Shown here: one piece after another, positions 26,585 to 36,049 of the stretch
Position numbering within the stretch: position 1 is the first letter of the stretch
Layout: every line of letters starts with the position of its first letter
Assembly: GCA_038207265.1 (NCBI GenBank)
Contig: JBBQZZ010000014.1
Span: forward strand, 47,224 to 111,223
Origin: Chitinophagales bacterium
GTDB taxonomy: Bacteria > Bacteroidota > Bacteroidia > Chitinophagales > Chitinophagaceae
DNA length: 64,000 nt
Direction: 5' to 3'
The notes under the pieces: model-generated
Seen by the model: only the letters and a program-made list of their open reading frames with translations
Databases searched by the model: none
Told to the model about the DNA's origin: nothing
Translations under genes and position numbers: made by a program

Positions 26585-28171
26585 ATGAAAGTAGTTCTTA
26601 CAAATCTTTCAAATAATTTATTTAACGAAAGCAGGCAAGTGCTGAACAGGTCTGCAATAAATGCGGGAATTAAAATAATCAATTCCTACGCTTTTGAAGA
26701 TATTATTTCTACACCTTTTTATTCAATTAATTCAGCCATACTTACTCAGCCCAAAGGTATTGGATACTGGCTTTGGAAACCACATATAATTTTGGAGACT
26801 TTTAAAAATATTGATGATGGAGATATTGTAATTTATTCTGATTGCGGAATTGAGATTATGGATAGTTTAAAGCCATTGATTGACCTGTGCGAAAATGAAA
26901 CAGATATTTTATTGTTTGCGAATTCAAATTACACTAATAGTATTTGGACAAAAAGAGACTGCTTTGTCCTAATGGATTGTGATGAGGAAAAATACTGGAA
27001 TGGTAAGCATAGTGACGCGGCTTTTTGCTTATTTAAAAAAAGTACAAATAGCAAATTGTTTCTGGAGGAGTGGCTATTATATGGCAGTAATGCTAATATT
27101 ATAACCGACCTTTCGAATACATGCGGGAAACATGATTTTCCGGAATTTGTTGAACACAGGTGGGATCAGTCAATATTGTCACTTTTGGCTATAAAATATA
27201 ACATTTCGTTTTACAGGATGCCTACACAATTTGGAAATCATTATAAGTTGCCTGAATACAGGGTAGCAGGCGAATTTAATTGTATCAATCAGGGCAATCA
27301 GGCCCAGGTAGATTATTATTCTTCTTTGCCTTTTGAGAACTCGTTTTATTATCAACTTCTTAATCATCATAGGAGACGAACTAATTCTAATAATATTACC
27401 GGCAGGACAATGATGCAAAACACAAACACAAAAAATATAATGAATTTCAAAACATATTTAAAAAAAGCTATAAAAAAAATACTAGGAGAAAATGGTAAAG
27501 AATTATCAGACAAAAAATCGGTGTACAAAAAATACTCTTATTCGCAATGCGGGGAAGATTTAATAGTTCAATACATATTTAGCTTACGAGGAATTACAAA
27601 ACCATCTTACCTTGATATAGGTGCTAACCATCCTTTCTTTATAAGTAATACTGCTTTACTTTATGAACAAGGTTGCAGAGGGATAAACATTGAGGCAAAT
27701 CCTCAATTGATTGAAAGCTTCACTGTTTATAGGCCCGATGATATTAATTTAAATATAGGTATCAGTAATAAGGACGAAGAACTGGATTTTTATATTATGG
27801 CAGATAACACACTTAGTACTTTTTCAAAAAATGAATGTGATACTATGGTTTCGAATGGCAAAACACTGGCAGAAATCAAAAAGATAAAACTCACAAATTT
27901 GGAGAGTATCTTAGAAAATCATTTTAATAATAAGTTTCCGGATTTTATGAGTATTGATGCAGAGGGGATGGATCTACAAATACTTCAGTCAATCAATTTT
28001 GAAAAATCATCTCCTAAAATTATATGTGTTGAAGCTGCAGAATATTCTGCAGTGGGCGCAGGAACCAGGAGATCCGAACTAATTAATTTTCTAATTGGAA
28101 AAGGGTATTACGAGTATGCAAACACTAATTTGAATGCCATAATGGTTAAGAGAGAATTTTGGTTTATATAA
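26585..28171 (+). CDS. Two-domain protein: N-terminal glycosyltransferase-like domain of uncertain family fused to C-terminal FkbM-family methyltransferase
   Basis: The C-terminal half has YSQCGEDLIV..., YLDIGANHP, INIEANP, EELDFY, and FMSIDAEGMDLQIL...PKIICVE (FkbM blocks). The N-terminal ~270 aa has KGIGYWLWKPHII and IVIYSDCG, reminiscent of nucleotide-sugar transferases. I set the start at ATG 26585, after the upstream stop at 26581..26583. Confidence 0.65.
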   Translation: MKVVLTNLSNNLFNESRQVLNRSAINAGIKIINSYAFEDIISTPFYSINSAILTQPKGIGYWLWKPHIILETFKNIDDGDIVIYSDCGIEIMDSLKPLIDLCENETDILLFANSNYTNSIWTKRDCFVLMDCDEEKYWNGKHSDAAFCLFKKSTNSKLFLEEWLLYGSNANIITDLSNTCGKHDFPEFVEHRWDQSILSLLAIKYNISFYRMPTQFGNHYKLPEYRVAGEFNCINQGNQAQVDYYSSLPFENSFYYQLLNHHRRRTNSNNITGRTMMQNTNTKNIMNFKTYLKKAIKKILGENGKELSDKKSVYKKYSYSQCGEDLIVQYIFSLRGITKPSYLDIGANHPFFISNTALLYEQGCRGINIEANPQLIESFTVYRPDDINLNIGISNKDEELDFYIMADNTLSTFSKNECDTMVSNGKTLAEIKKIKLTNLESILENHFNNKFPDFMSIDAEGMDLQILQSINFEKSSPKIICVEAAEYSAVGAGTRRSELINFLIGKGYYEYANTNLNAIMVKREFWFI

Positions 28172-28174
28172 AAA

Positions 28175-28921
28175 ATGACTACGCCCTTTTTTTCTATCAT
28201 TATACCCACCTATAACTCATCCAAAACAATTGCTAGGTGCCTGGATAGTATAATAGGCCAGGTTTTTACAAATTTCGAGCTGATTATTTCTGATGGGTCT
28301 TCGTCCGATAATACATTAGAAATAGTAAATCAGTATAAGTGGCTGCATCCCGATATTATTATCTTATCGGAAAGAGATAACGGAATTTATGATGCAATGA
28401 ACAAAGCGATTGCCAGGGCCAGTGGTGAATGGGTTTATTTTTTAGGAAGCGATGATTACCTGTTGGGAAGAAATGTACTGAATGAACTTACTCAAAAAAT
28501 AAAACTGGACGATTTTGATTACGTCTATGGGAATGTTTTTTCACCTGAGTATGGGGATAATTATGACGGTGAATTCGATTCAAAAAAGATTCTTGAGAAA
28601 AACATATGTCACCAGGCACTGTTTGTAAGAAAAAAACTTTTACAAAAAATGGGAGGCTTTAATACCCGTTATAAATTGCTGGCAGATTATGATTTCAATT
28701 TGCGCTGTATGTTTGATAAAAGGGTTAGAAAAAGGCATGTTGATCTCTTGGTTGCATTTTATGCACCTGCAGGATCCAGTTCTACCATTACAGACGAAAC
28801 ATTTGCCAAAGATAAAAGCTGGCTAATATTGAAATATGGTTTTAGTGCTTATAACTGGCGGCAACGTTTTCAAATGTGCGATCGGATAGTGAGAGAGTTT
28901 ATCACAAGGATAAAGAAATAA
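28175..28921 (+). CDS. Family 2 glycosyltransferase
   Basis: FSIIIPTYNSSKTIARCLDSI..Q.FTNFELIISDGSSSDNT and ...FLGSDD. Confidence 0.85.
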   Translation: MTTPFFSIIIPTYNSSKTIARCLDSIIGQVFTNFELIISDGSSSDNTLEIVNQYKWLHPDIIILSERDNGIYDAMNKAIARASGEWVYFLGSDDYLLGRNVLNELTQKIKLDDFDYVYGNVFSPEYGDNYDGEFDSKKILEKNICHQALFVRKKLLQKMGGFNTRYKLLADYDFNLRCMFDKRVRKRHVDLLVAFYAPAGSSSTITDETFAKDKSWLILKYGFSAYNWRQRFQMCDRIVREFITRIKK

Positions 28922-28922
28922 A

Positions 28923-30014
28923 ATGTCAGAGAAAGATATTCGTGCCATTGCCATTCATCTGCCGCAGTTCCACCCTATACCCGAAAATGATAAATGGTGG
29001 GGAAAGGGATTTACTGAATGGACGAAAGTTACCAGTGCAAGACCATTATTCAAAGGACATTATCAACCGCATCTGCCCACAGACCTGGGATATTATGATC
29101 TCAGGCTTGAAGAAAGCAGGATTGCGCAGGCTGAACTGGCCAAATCTTACGGTATTTATGGATTTTGTTATTACCATTATTGGTTCAATGGGAAACGAAT
29201 GCTGAACCGTCCATTGGATGATATGATTAGCACTAAGACCCCAGATTTCCCTTTTATGTTGTGCTGGGCTAATGAAAACTGGACACGCCGATGGGATGGT
29301 GATGATAAGGAAATACTCATGAAACAAGAGTACAACCAGCAGGATGATATTGAACATATCCGTTTTTTATGCAAACAATTTTTTTCAGACAGCCGGTATA
29401 TCAGGGTAAATAATAAACCATTTTTTGTTATCTATCGTCCTTCATTATTCCCGGATATAAAAGAAACAATTGATACCTGGAGACGCGAAGCATTGAAAGC
29501 TGGATTTGAATTATATATAGGTTTTATGCAGGGTTTTTCTTACCATGAAAATTACCTGGATGAGGGTTTTGACTGCCTTGTTGAATTTCATCCCCGTCAC
29601 GCGCTGATGCCTCCACCCGAACCTGCTCCTTTGTCTGATAAATTATTGCACCACCTTAATTTAAAAACTTCTGTTTATTATTCGGGTAGGGTCGCCAGTT
29701 ATGAAAAATATGCAGAGAACATGATAAGAACCCAGGAGATTAAGGAAGGCGTGTACCCCGGTATTACACCGATGTGGGATAATACCGCGAGAAATACAAC
29801 AAACGCTACACTCTTTCATGATTCAACTCCTGCTTTGTATAAAAAATGGCTGACAAGCATTCTCAAAAAATATCAGGCATTTCAATCAGATAACTCAAAA
29901 TATGTTTTTATCAATGCGTGGAATGAATGGGCAGAGGGCAATCATCTTGAACCCTGCCTAAAATGGGGTAACCAATACCTTGAAGTGACCAAACATGCAT
30001 TTGATAGTTTGTAA
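28923..30014 (+). CDS. WbsX-family (GH99-like fold) polysaccharide biosynthesis protein
   Basis: AIHLPQFHPIPENDKWWGKGFTEWTKV and ...NAWNEWAEGNHLEP are characteristic of Glyco_tran_WbsX. Confidence 0.7.
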   Translation: MSEKDIRAIAIHLPQFHPIPENDKWWGKGFTEWTKVTSARPLFKGHYQPHLPTDLGYYDLRLEESRIAQAELAKSYGIYGFCYYHYWFNGKRMLNRPLDDMISTKTPDFPFMLCWANENWTRRWDGDDKEILMKQEYNQQDDIEHIRFLCKQFFSDSRYIRVNNKPFFVIYRPSLFPDIKETIDTWRREALKAGFELYIGFMQGFSYHENYLDEGFDCLVEFHPRHALMPPPEPAPLSDKLLHHLNLKTSVYYSGRVASYEKYAENMIRTQEIKEGVYPGITPMWDNTARNTTNATLFHDSTPALYKKWLTSILKKYQAFQSDNSKYVFINAWNEWAEGNHLEPCLKWGNQYLEVTKHAFDSL

Positions 30015-30991
30015 TGTTGACGGAAAAACCTCTTATCACAATAGTTATTCCTGTAAAAAACGGTGATCATTGGTTAAAGGAAACCATACCTGCGATTTTA
30101 GGTCAGAAAATTCCTGGCTCAATTGAAATAATCGCAATTGATTCCGGATCTACTGACGAAAGCTTGAAGATACTTTCCGGTTACCCGGTTACGGTAGTTC
30201 ATATTAAACCGGCAGAGTTTAATCACGGTCTCACCCGGAATCTGGGAGCATCGCTGGCCAAAGGAAAATTTGTTGTAATGACAGTTCAGGATGCCAAACC
30301 AGCATCAGATGTTTGGTTGCAACAAATGCTGGACGGCCTTATTGATAACAATGTAGTAGCCGTGTGCGGCCAGCAAATGGTTCCGCACCATCATGATAAA
30401 AACCCCGTTGAATGGTACCGGCCAATTTCACTAGCACGTTTGAAAAAAATCCATTTCCCCAATCCTGGCGATTTTAAAAAGCTGAGCCCGCAGGAGCAAT
30501 TGTCGTTTTGCAGGTGGGACGATGTAAATACGATGTACCGGAAAGATATTCTGATGGAGCTACCTTTCAGGAGAACGGATTTTGCAGAAGATGTTCTTTG
30601 GGCAAAGGATGCTTTGCTGAAAGGGTATGCCATTGTTTTTAACCCAGTTGCTAGAGTAGAACACTATCATCACGAAAATTATAATTTTGCTTTTAGAAGA
30701 AATTTTATTGTGCAATATCATTTGTATAAATATTTTGGCACTGTTCCCGGTAAATTAGATTTGTCCATAAGGATGTTAAAAATCCTCAAATTGCTGATGC
30801 GTGAAAAAATGTTTACGGTTCGGGAAAAATGGAATTGGTTAGAATACAATTACAAAACCCTGCTTGCGATTGAAAAATCCAATAAAGCAATATTGAAAGC
30901 AATATCAACTGGCGGAGAAGCACAGCTGGAGAACTTGTACCATGAAGTATGCAGTATCATTCCGCAAGCTTTAAAAAACAATACAAAGTGA
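30014..30991 (+). CDS. Family 2 glycosyltransferase
   Basis: ITIVIPVKNGDHWLKETIPAILGQ...IEIIAIDSGSTDES and ...MTVQDA. Confidence 0.8.
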   Translation: MLTEKPLITIVIPVKNGDHWLKETIPAILGQKIPGSIEIIAIDSGSTDESLKILSGYPVTVVHIKPAEFNHGLTRNLGASLAKGKFVVMTVQDAKPASDVWLQQMLDGLIDNNVVAVCGQQMVPHHHDKNPVEWYRPISLARLKKIHFPNPGDFKKLSPQEQLSFCRWDDVNTMYRKDILMELPFRRTDFAEDVLWAKDALLKGYAIVFNPVARVEHYHHENYNFAFRRNFIVQYHLYKYFGTVPGKLDLSIRMLKILKLLMREKMFTVREKWNWLEYNYKTLLAIEKSNKAILKAISTGGEAQLENLYHEVCSIIPQALKNNTK

Positions 30992-31848
30992 CAGAATCTC
31001 CTTTAGTGAGTGTGCTAATGCCTTCATACAATACTGAAAAATATATTGGGTTTGCTATTGAAAGTATATTAAACTCCACCTATACCAATTTTGAATTAAT
31101 TATAGTAGATGACAGGTCTGCTGATAATACATTGAGTGTTGCCAGACAATATGCCAATAAAGACAACCGGGTAAAAGTTTTTCTGAATGAAACAAACCTG
31201 GGTGATTATCCAAACCGAAACAAGGCCGCTTCCTATGCCAAAGGCAAGTATCTCAAATCAATAGACCATGATGATTACATTTACCCATGGGCGTTAGAAT
31301 TACTGGTACAGATGATGGAACAGTTTCCTCAAGCAGGCTGGGGTTTGTGCTCCCTTGTTCAAAATATAGACAAGCCATTCCCTTTTCTGCTTACACCGGC
31401 AGGAACTTATGCTTATCATTATGCAGGACCTGGCGGCCTCTTGGATCGGGCGCCGCTTTCTTGTATAATCAAACGCGACGTTTTTGAAAAAGAAGGCGGC
31501 TTTGCCACACAAAGATGGACCGGCGATTTTGAATTGTGGCACCGCCTCGCTTTAAGATACAATGTACTCCTGATGCCTGATGGAATGGTATGGTACCGTG
31601 AACATGAAGCACAGGAAACAAAAAATGCAAAAAAAAGTATAGCTGACAGGTATGAGGCAATCTCCCTCCGCTATCTAAACAGTAGTGAATGCCCGCTTCA
31701 AAAGCGTGAAGTAACAGATATATTAAAAAGAAAAAAATCAGCGATGTTGAAACAATTGGTAAAGGGAATGGTAAAAATGAACCGGAACCAGGTTGAAAGC
31801 AATTGGAAATGTATCCGCTTATTAAACCGGAGAAACATTGAAAAGTAA
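30988..31848 (+). CDS. Family 2 glycosyltransferase
   Basis: VSVLMPSYNTEKYIGFAIESILNSTYTNFELIIVDDRSADNT and ...KSIDHDD. I propose a GTG start at 30988, overlapping the upstream TGA as GTGA. The track ATG at 30949 would give a 43-nt overlap. Confidence 0.75.
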   Translation: MTESPLVSVLMPSYNTEKYIGFAIESILNSTYTNFELIIVDDRSADNTLSVARQYANKDNRVKVFLNETNLGDYPNRNKAASYAKGKYLKSIDHDDYIYPWALELLVQMMEQFPQAGWGLCSLVQNIDKPFPFLLTPAGTYAYHYAGPGGLLDRAPLSCIIKRDVFEKEGGFATQRWTGDFELWHRLALRYNVLLMPDGMVWYREHEAQETKNAKKSIADRYEAISLRYLNSSECPLQKREVTDILKRKKSAMLKQLVKGMVKMNRNQVESNWKCIRLLNRRNIEK

Positions 31849-32485
31849 GCTGCTCTTTTATTTGCAAAACCCTTTCAGGTTACTCACGGTACCGCTTACC
31901 CGCTTGCCTTACTTTTCTTTTGTTCGTAAAACAACCGATTACCAATGCAGCATTAATTTCTGGCAATGGTTTCTTCAAAAGATATTAAACATGGGTGGTA
32001 ACAGGAAGGCATATTGGCCGGTGCACTGGACCAGTAAAGTGTATGATGTTGAAAATATTTTGGTAGGAATTGATGCTTATCCCGGTTATATGCAGGGTTG
32101 TTATATCCAGGGAAAAGGTGGCATTAGCATTGGCGATTATACGCAGGTTGCACCAAACGTTGTGATAGTAAGCGCTAACCATGATGTATATGATTCCCGG
32201 CAGCATATTAATAAACCTGTATCCATTGGAAAATATTGCTGGATTGGCGCCGGGGCCAAAATAATGCCGGGTGTTATATTGGGCGACTGGACAATCGTTG
32301 GCGCGGGAGCAGTTGTTACCAAATCATTTGAGGAAGGTTATTGCATTGTTGGAGGTGTACCGGCAAAAAAAATCAGTGAGCTTGATAAAAGTAAATGCAT
32401 ACCCTTTCATAACAGGGTTGCTTATAATGGCTATATTAAATCTGATCGGTTTGAAGCGTACCGGAAAAAACACCTCAAAGTATAA
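31838..32485 (+). CDS. Left-handed beta-helix (hexapeptide) O-acetyltransferase
   Basis: Hexapeptide repeats IGDYTQVAPNVVIVSANHD ... IGKYCWIGAGAKIMPGVILGDWTIVGAGAVV. Confidence 0.75.
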   Translation: MKSKLLFYLQNPFRLLTVPLTRLPYFSFVRKTTDYQCSINFWQWFLQKILNMGGNRKAYWPVHWTSKVYDVENILVGIDAYPGYMQGCYIQGKGGISIGDYTQVAPNVVIVSANHDVYDSRQHINKPVSIGKYCWIGAGAKIMPGVILGDWTIVGAGAVVTKSFEEGYCIVGGVPAKKISELDKSKCIPFHNRVAYNGYIKSDRFEAYRKKHLKV

Positions 32486-33099
32486 TGATCGTTATTGTTG
32501 ATTATGGTGTAGGAAATCTTACTTCTATTCAGAATATGCTGAAGAAAGGAGGAACCACTTCGCTCATCAGCGGCAAAGAAGCAGATATCTTATCGGCTTC
32601 TAAAATATTATTACCGGGCATGGGTCATTTCGATAATTGTATGCAACGGTTCAATGCATCTGGACTTCGATCCACTATTGAGAAAAAAGTTTTTACCGAT
32701 AAAACGCCGTTGCTGGGTATTTGTGTGGGACTGCAAATGTTTATGGAGTCAAGTGAGGAAGGCAATGAAGCGGGCCTGGGTTGGATGGCCGGGAAAACCG
32801 TTCGTTTCAAACCGGAACAAATGAATCACTCATTAAAGATTCCACACATGGGCTGGCAGGAAGTGAAAGCCGTTAAGCAGTCGGCCCTGTGGAAAGGATT
32901 GGAAGGATCCCGTTTTTACTTTGCCCATTCTTTTTATGTACAACCTGCCTCGGTATCCGATACATTGTTGATGGCGGATTACGGTTATACTATAGCGGTA
33001 GGACTGGAAAAAGATAATATACTCGGGGTTCAGTTTCACCCGGAAAAAAGCCATCGGTTTGGAATGCAGATGTTACAGAATTTTGCCAATAACTATTGA
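32485..33099 (+). CDS. HisH-like glutamine amidotransferase subunit (WbuY / HisH2 type)
   Basis: MIVIVDYGVGNLTSIQNML, nucleophile elbow GICVGLQ, and VQFHPEKS. Confidence 0.9.
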   Translation: MIVIVDYGVGNLTSIQNMLKKGGTTSLISGKEADILSASKILLPGMGHFDNCMQRFNASGLRSTIEKKVFTDKTPLLGICVGLQMFMESSEEGNEAGLGWMAGKTVRFKPEQMNHSLKIPHMGWQEVKAVKQSALWKGLEGSRFYFAHSFYVQPASVSDTLLMADYGYTIAVGLEKDNILGVQFHPEKSHRFGMQMLQNFANNY

Positions 33100-33872
33100 T
33101 GAAAAGGATCAGGGTCATCCCGGTTTTATTATTGCATGAAGGGGGACTGGTAAAATCTGTCCGGTTTAAAAATTACCAGTATGTGGGAGACCCCATCAAC
33201 GCAGTAAAAATTTTCAACGAAAAGGAAATTGATGAAATAGTAGTGCTGGACATTGATGCGTCAAAAGAAAAGCGAGGTCCTGATATTGAACGCATACGCG
33301 AAATCACCAGTGAAGCTTTTATACCACTGGCCTATGGTGGCGGCATCTCCACTACGGAGCAGGTAAAGGAACTTTTTTATAACGGTGTTGAAAAAGTAAT
33401 TTTTAATTACCAGGCTATCCACCAAACATCCCTCATTACAGAAACCGCTAAACTGGTGGGGAGCCAGAGCGTGGTTGCTTCAATAGATGTAAAAAAGAAC
33501 TGGCTGGGATCTTATAAAGTATGCACCCTAAATGGTTCAGAAACAACCAAGGCCGACCCGGTTTCATTTGCCAGACAAATGGCGGAGGCAGGTGCCGGTG
33601 AAATATTTTTGAATTCAATTGATAAGGACGGCACTTACGGGGGGTACGATTTGGACCTGATAAAGCAGGTGTGCGAGGCCGTTAGCATACCCGTGGTGGC
33701 CTGCGGTGGGGCTTCCGGCTTACCGGATTTTGTAAAGGCGGTGGATGCGGGTGCTTCAGCAGTTGCCGCGGGTTCACTGTTTGTTTTTCAAAGACCGCAC
33801 CAGGCCGTATTGATCAGTTACCCGTCGCAGCAACAACTGGAACAACAATTATTTTCAGCAATTAAGCAGTAA
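33096..33872 (+). CDS. HisF-like cyclase subunit (WbuZ / HisF2 type)
   Basis: RVIPVLLL..GGLVKSVRF..YQYVGDPINAVKIFNEKEIDEIVVLDI, ...GGGIS..EQV and ...ACGGAS. Confidence 0.9.
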   Translation: MMKRIRVIPVLLLHEGGLVKSVRFKNYQYVGDPINAVKIFNEKEIDEIVVLDIDASKEKRGPDIERIREITSEAFIPLAYGGGISTTEQVKELFYNGVEKVIFNYQAIHQTSLITETAKLVGSQSVVASIDVKKNWLGSYKVCTLNGSETTKADPVSFARQMAEAGAGEIFLNSIDKDGTYGGYDLDLIKQVCEAVSIPVVACGGASGLPDFVKAVDAGASAVAAGSLFVFQRPHQAVLISYPSQQQLEQQLFSAIKQ

Positions 33873-33880
33873 CGTATAAA

Positions 33881-35035
33881 ATGGTTTTGACAAAAGATGA
33901 TCCGGCTTTCCGGCAATGTGCGCTTACGGTAATGGACAATATCGCGGATCCCGATATCCATTTTGATGACAAGGGAATCTGTAATTATTATTACGATTAC
34001 CAGCAGGCGGAAAAAGAAAATGTTTTTACCGGTGAGGAGGGCAAAAAAAAACTGATGGACCTTGTAGCTACTATTAAATCCGCCGGTGATGGTAAACAAT
34101 ATGATTGCCTGATTGGATTGAGTGGTGGTGTAGACAGCACTTATGTTGCATGGCTGGTAAAGGACCTCGGCCTGCGCCCGCTGGCGGTGCATCTCGATAA
34201 TGGCTGGAATTCTGAACTGGCAGTAAAAAATATTGAAAATATTATCAGTAAGCTGGGAATCGATCTTTTTACCCTTGTTATAAACTGGCAGGAATTCAAA
34301 GACATTCAATTGTCTTATCTCCGTGCCTCCGTGGTAGATATTGAAGTGGTATCTGATCATGCCATCTTTGCCAGCATGTATAAACTGGCCAAAGAGAAAA
34401 ACATTGGTTATATCATCAGCGGGACAAACGTGGTAACAGAATATATCATGCCACCCTCCTGGTTGTATAAGAAAATGGATTTTGCCAACCTCAAAGATAT
34501 CCATGCCCGGTTTGGGAGAGTGAAACTTAAGACCTATCCGAGTTTTGATTTTAAAAAATATGTATACTATTCCGCTGTGCTGAAACTAACGCCGGTGAGT
34601 ATACTCAATTATGTGCCGTATAATAAAAAAGAAATCAAGGCTTTTATAACAAAAGAATTAAGCTGGAGAGATTACGGTGGCAAACACTATGAGTCTGTAT
34701 TTACAAAATTTTACCAGGCTTATATCTTACCGGAGAAATTTCATATTGATAAAAGAAAAGCACATTTGTCAACCCTTATCTGTGCAGGACAAATCACAAA
34801 AGCAGCAGCATTGGCTGAACTGGAACAACCCATTTATCCCAATGGGGAACTGGAACAGGACAAAGAATATGTATTGAAAAAATTTGGCCTCAGCAAGGAT
34901 GCATTTGAAGAAATCATGCGTTTACCCGTACACCGGCATGAAGACTTTAAAACAGATACACAGCTGAAAGAAGGTTATATGAACCTGCTCAGGAAAACAG
35001 AAAAAATCAGAAGGATACTAAAACCCAAAAAATAA
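33881..35035 (+). CDS. N-acetyl sugar amidotransferase (WbpG/WbuX/PseA-type, PP-loop)
   Basis: PP-loop GLSGGVDSTYVA. It follows the hisH/hisF paralogues directly, as in acetamidino-sugar loci. Confidence 0.85.
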   Translation: MVLTKDDPAFRQCALTVMDNIADPDIHFDDKGICNYYYDYQQAEKENVFTGEEGKKKLMDLVATIKSAGDGKQYDCLIGLSGGVDSTYVAWLVKDLGLRPLAVHLDNGWNSELAVKNIENIISKLGIDLFTLVINWQEFKDIQLSYLRASVVDIEVVSDHAIFASMYKLAKEKNIGYIISGTNVVTEYIMPPSWLYKKMDFANLKDIHARFGRVKLKTYPSFDFKKYVYYSAVLKLTPVSILNYVPYNKKEIKAFITKELSWRDYGGKHYESVFTKFYQAYILPEKFHIDKRKAHLSTLICAGQITKAAALAELEQPIYPNGELEQDKEYVLKKFGLSKDAFEEIMRLPVHRHEDFKTDTQLKEGYMNLLRKTEKIRRILKPKK

Positions 35036-36049
35036 ATGTCTTCTCCCATTCGATTTGCCATTATAGGTTGCGGAAGAATTGCTCAGCGGCACGCCGAACA
35101 TATCCATAACAAAGGAAAGCTGGTAGCGGTATGTGACACCGAAAAAGAAAAAGCGATTGCCATGGCCACGCAATACCAGGCCCACGCTTATTTTGATGCA
35201 GATGAAATGCTGGCGGGGGAAAAAGATATTGATGTAGTGGCTATCTGCTCACCCAATGGCCTGCATGCGGAACATGCTATTAAAGCGCTGAAAGCGGGTT
35301 TTCATGTGCTGTGTGAGAAGCCCATGGCCATTACGGTTCCGGATTGCGGGGCCATGATACAGGCAGCAGAAAAATCGAACAAACGATTATTTGCGATTAA
35401 GCAGAACCGTTATAATCCGCCGGTGGCCGCCGTAAAGCAGCTGATAGAAGAGGGGCGGCTTGGGAAGATCAACAGTATTCAGTTAAATTGTTTCTGGAAC
35501 CGGAATACGGACTATTATCACAATTCATGGAAAGGCACGTTGAAAATGGATGGAGGTACTTTGTTTACCCAATTCAGCCATTTTATTGATCTGCTCTACT
35601 GGATGGTGGGAGATGTTGATAAGGTTCATGCGGTAGTGGGCAACTTTACACACCAGGGTATTATTGAATTTGAAGATACCGGCGCAGTCATCTTAACTTT
35701 TGTAAATGGCGCCATCGGTACCATTAATTATACGGTGAACAGTTATAAAAAAAACATGGAAGGTTCTCTTACACTTTTTGGAGAAAAAGGTACCGTAAAA
35801 ATTGGTGGTCAATACCTCAATGAACTGGAATATCAATCCATTGAAGGATACAGGATAGAAAACCTGCCGGAAGGCAATAAACCCAATAACTATGGTAATT
35901 ACGTTGGCTCCATGAGCAATCATGATAAAGTGTATGACAATGTAATAGACGTATTGCAAAACAATGCATCCATTACAACCAGCGCATTTGAAGGATTAAA
36001 GACAGTGGAGATTATTGAAAAAATTTATAAAGCAGCCAAAAGGGTATGA
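35036..36049 (+). CDS. Gfo/Idh/MocA-family NAD-dependent sugar oxidoreductase (WbpB-like)
   Basis: IRFAIIGCGRIAQRHAEHI and ...CEKPMA. Confidence 0.85.
   Translation: MSSPIRFAIIGCGRIAQRHAEHIHNKGKLVAVCDTEKEKAIAMATQYQAHAYFDADEMLAGEKDIDVVAICSPNGLHAEHAIKALKAGFHVLCEKPMAITVPDCGAMIQAAEKSNKRLFAIKQNRYNPPVAAVKQLIEEGRLGKINSIQLNCFWNRNTDYYHNSWKGTLKMDGGTLFTQFSHFIDLLYWMVGDVDKVHAVVGNFTHQGIIEFEDTGAVILTFVNGAIGTINYTVNSYKKNMEGSLTLFGEKGTVKIGGQYLNELEYQSIEGYRIENLPEGNKPNNYGNYVGSMSNHDKVYDNVIDVLQNNASITTSAFEGLKTVEIIEKIYKAAKRV

Noticed and set aside
31469-31867. 132-aa minus-strand ORF, plus other antisense or alternate-frame ORFs within the glycosyltransferase genes (for example 28876..29205, 41456..41863, 42860..43192)
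   Set aside because: Each is nested within a longer ORF that has family-specific motifs. None has independent support.
33818-34504. 228-aa minus-strand ORF
   Set aside because: It is antisense to the amidotransferase gene, whose plus-strand frame carries the PP-loop SGGVDS. The minus-strand product has no motifs.
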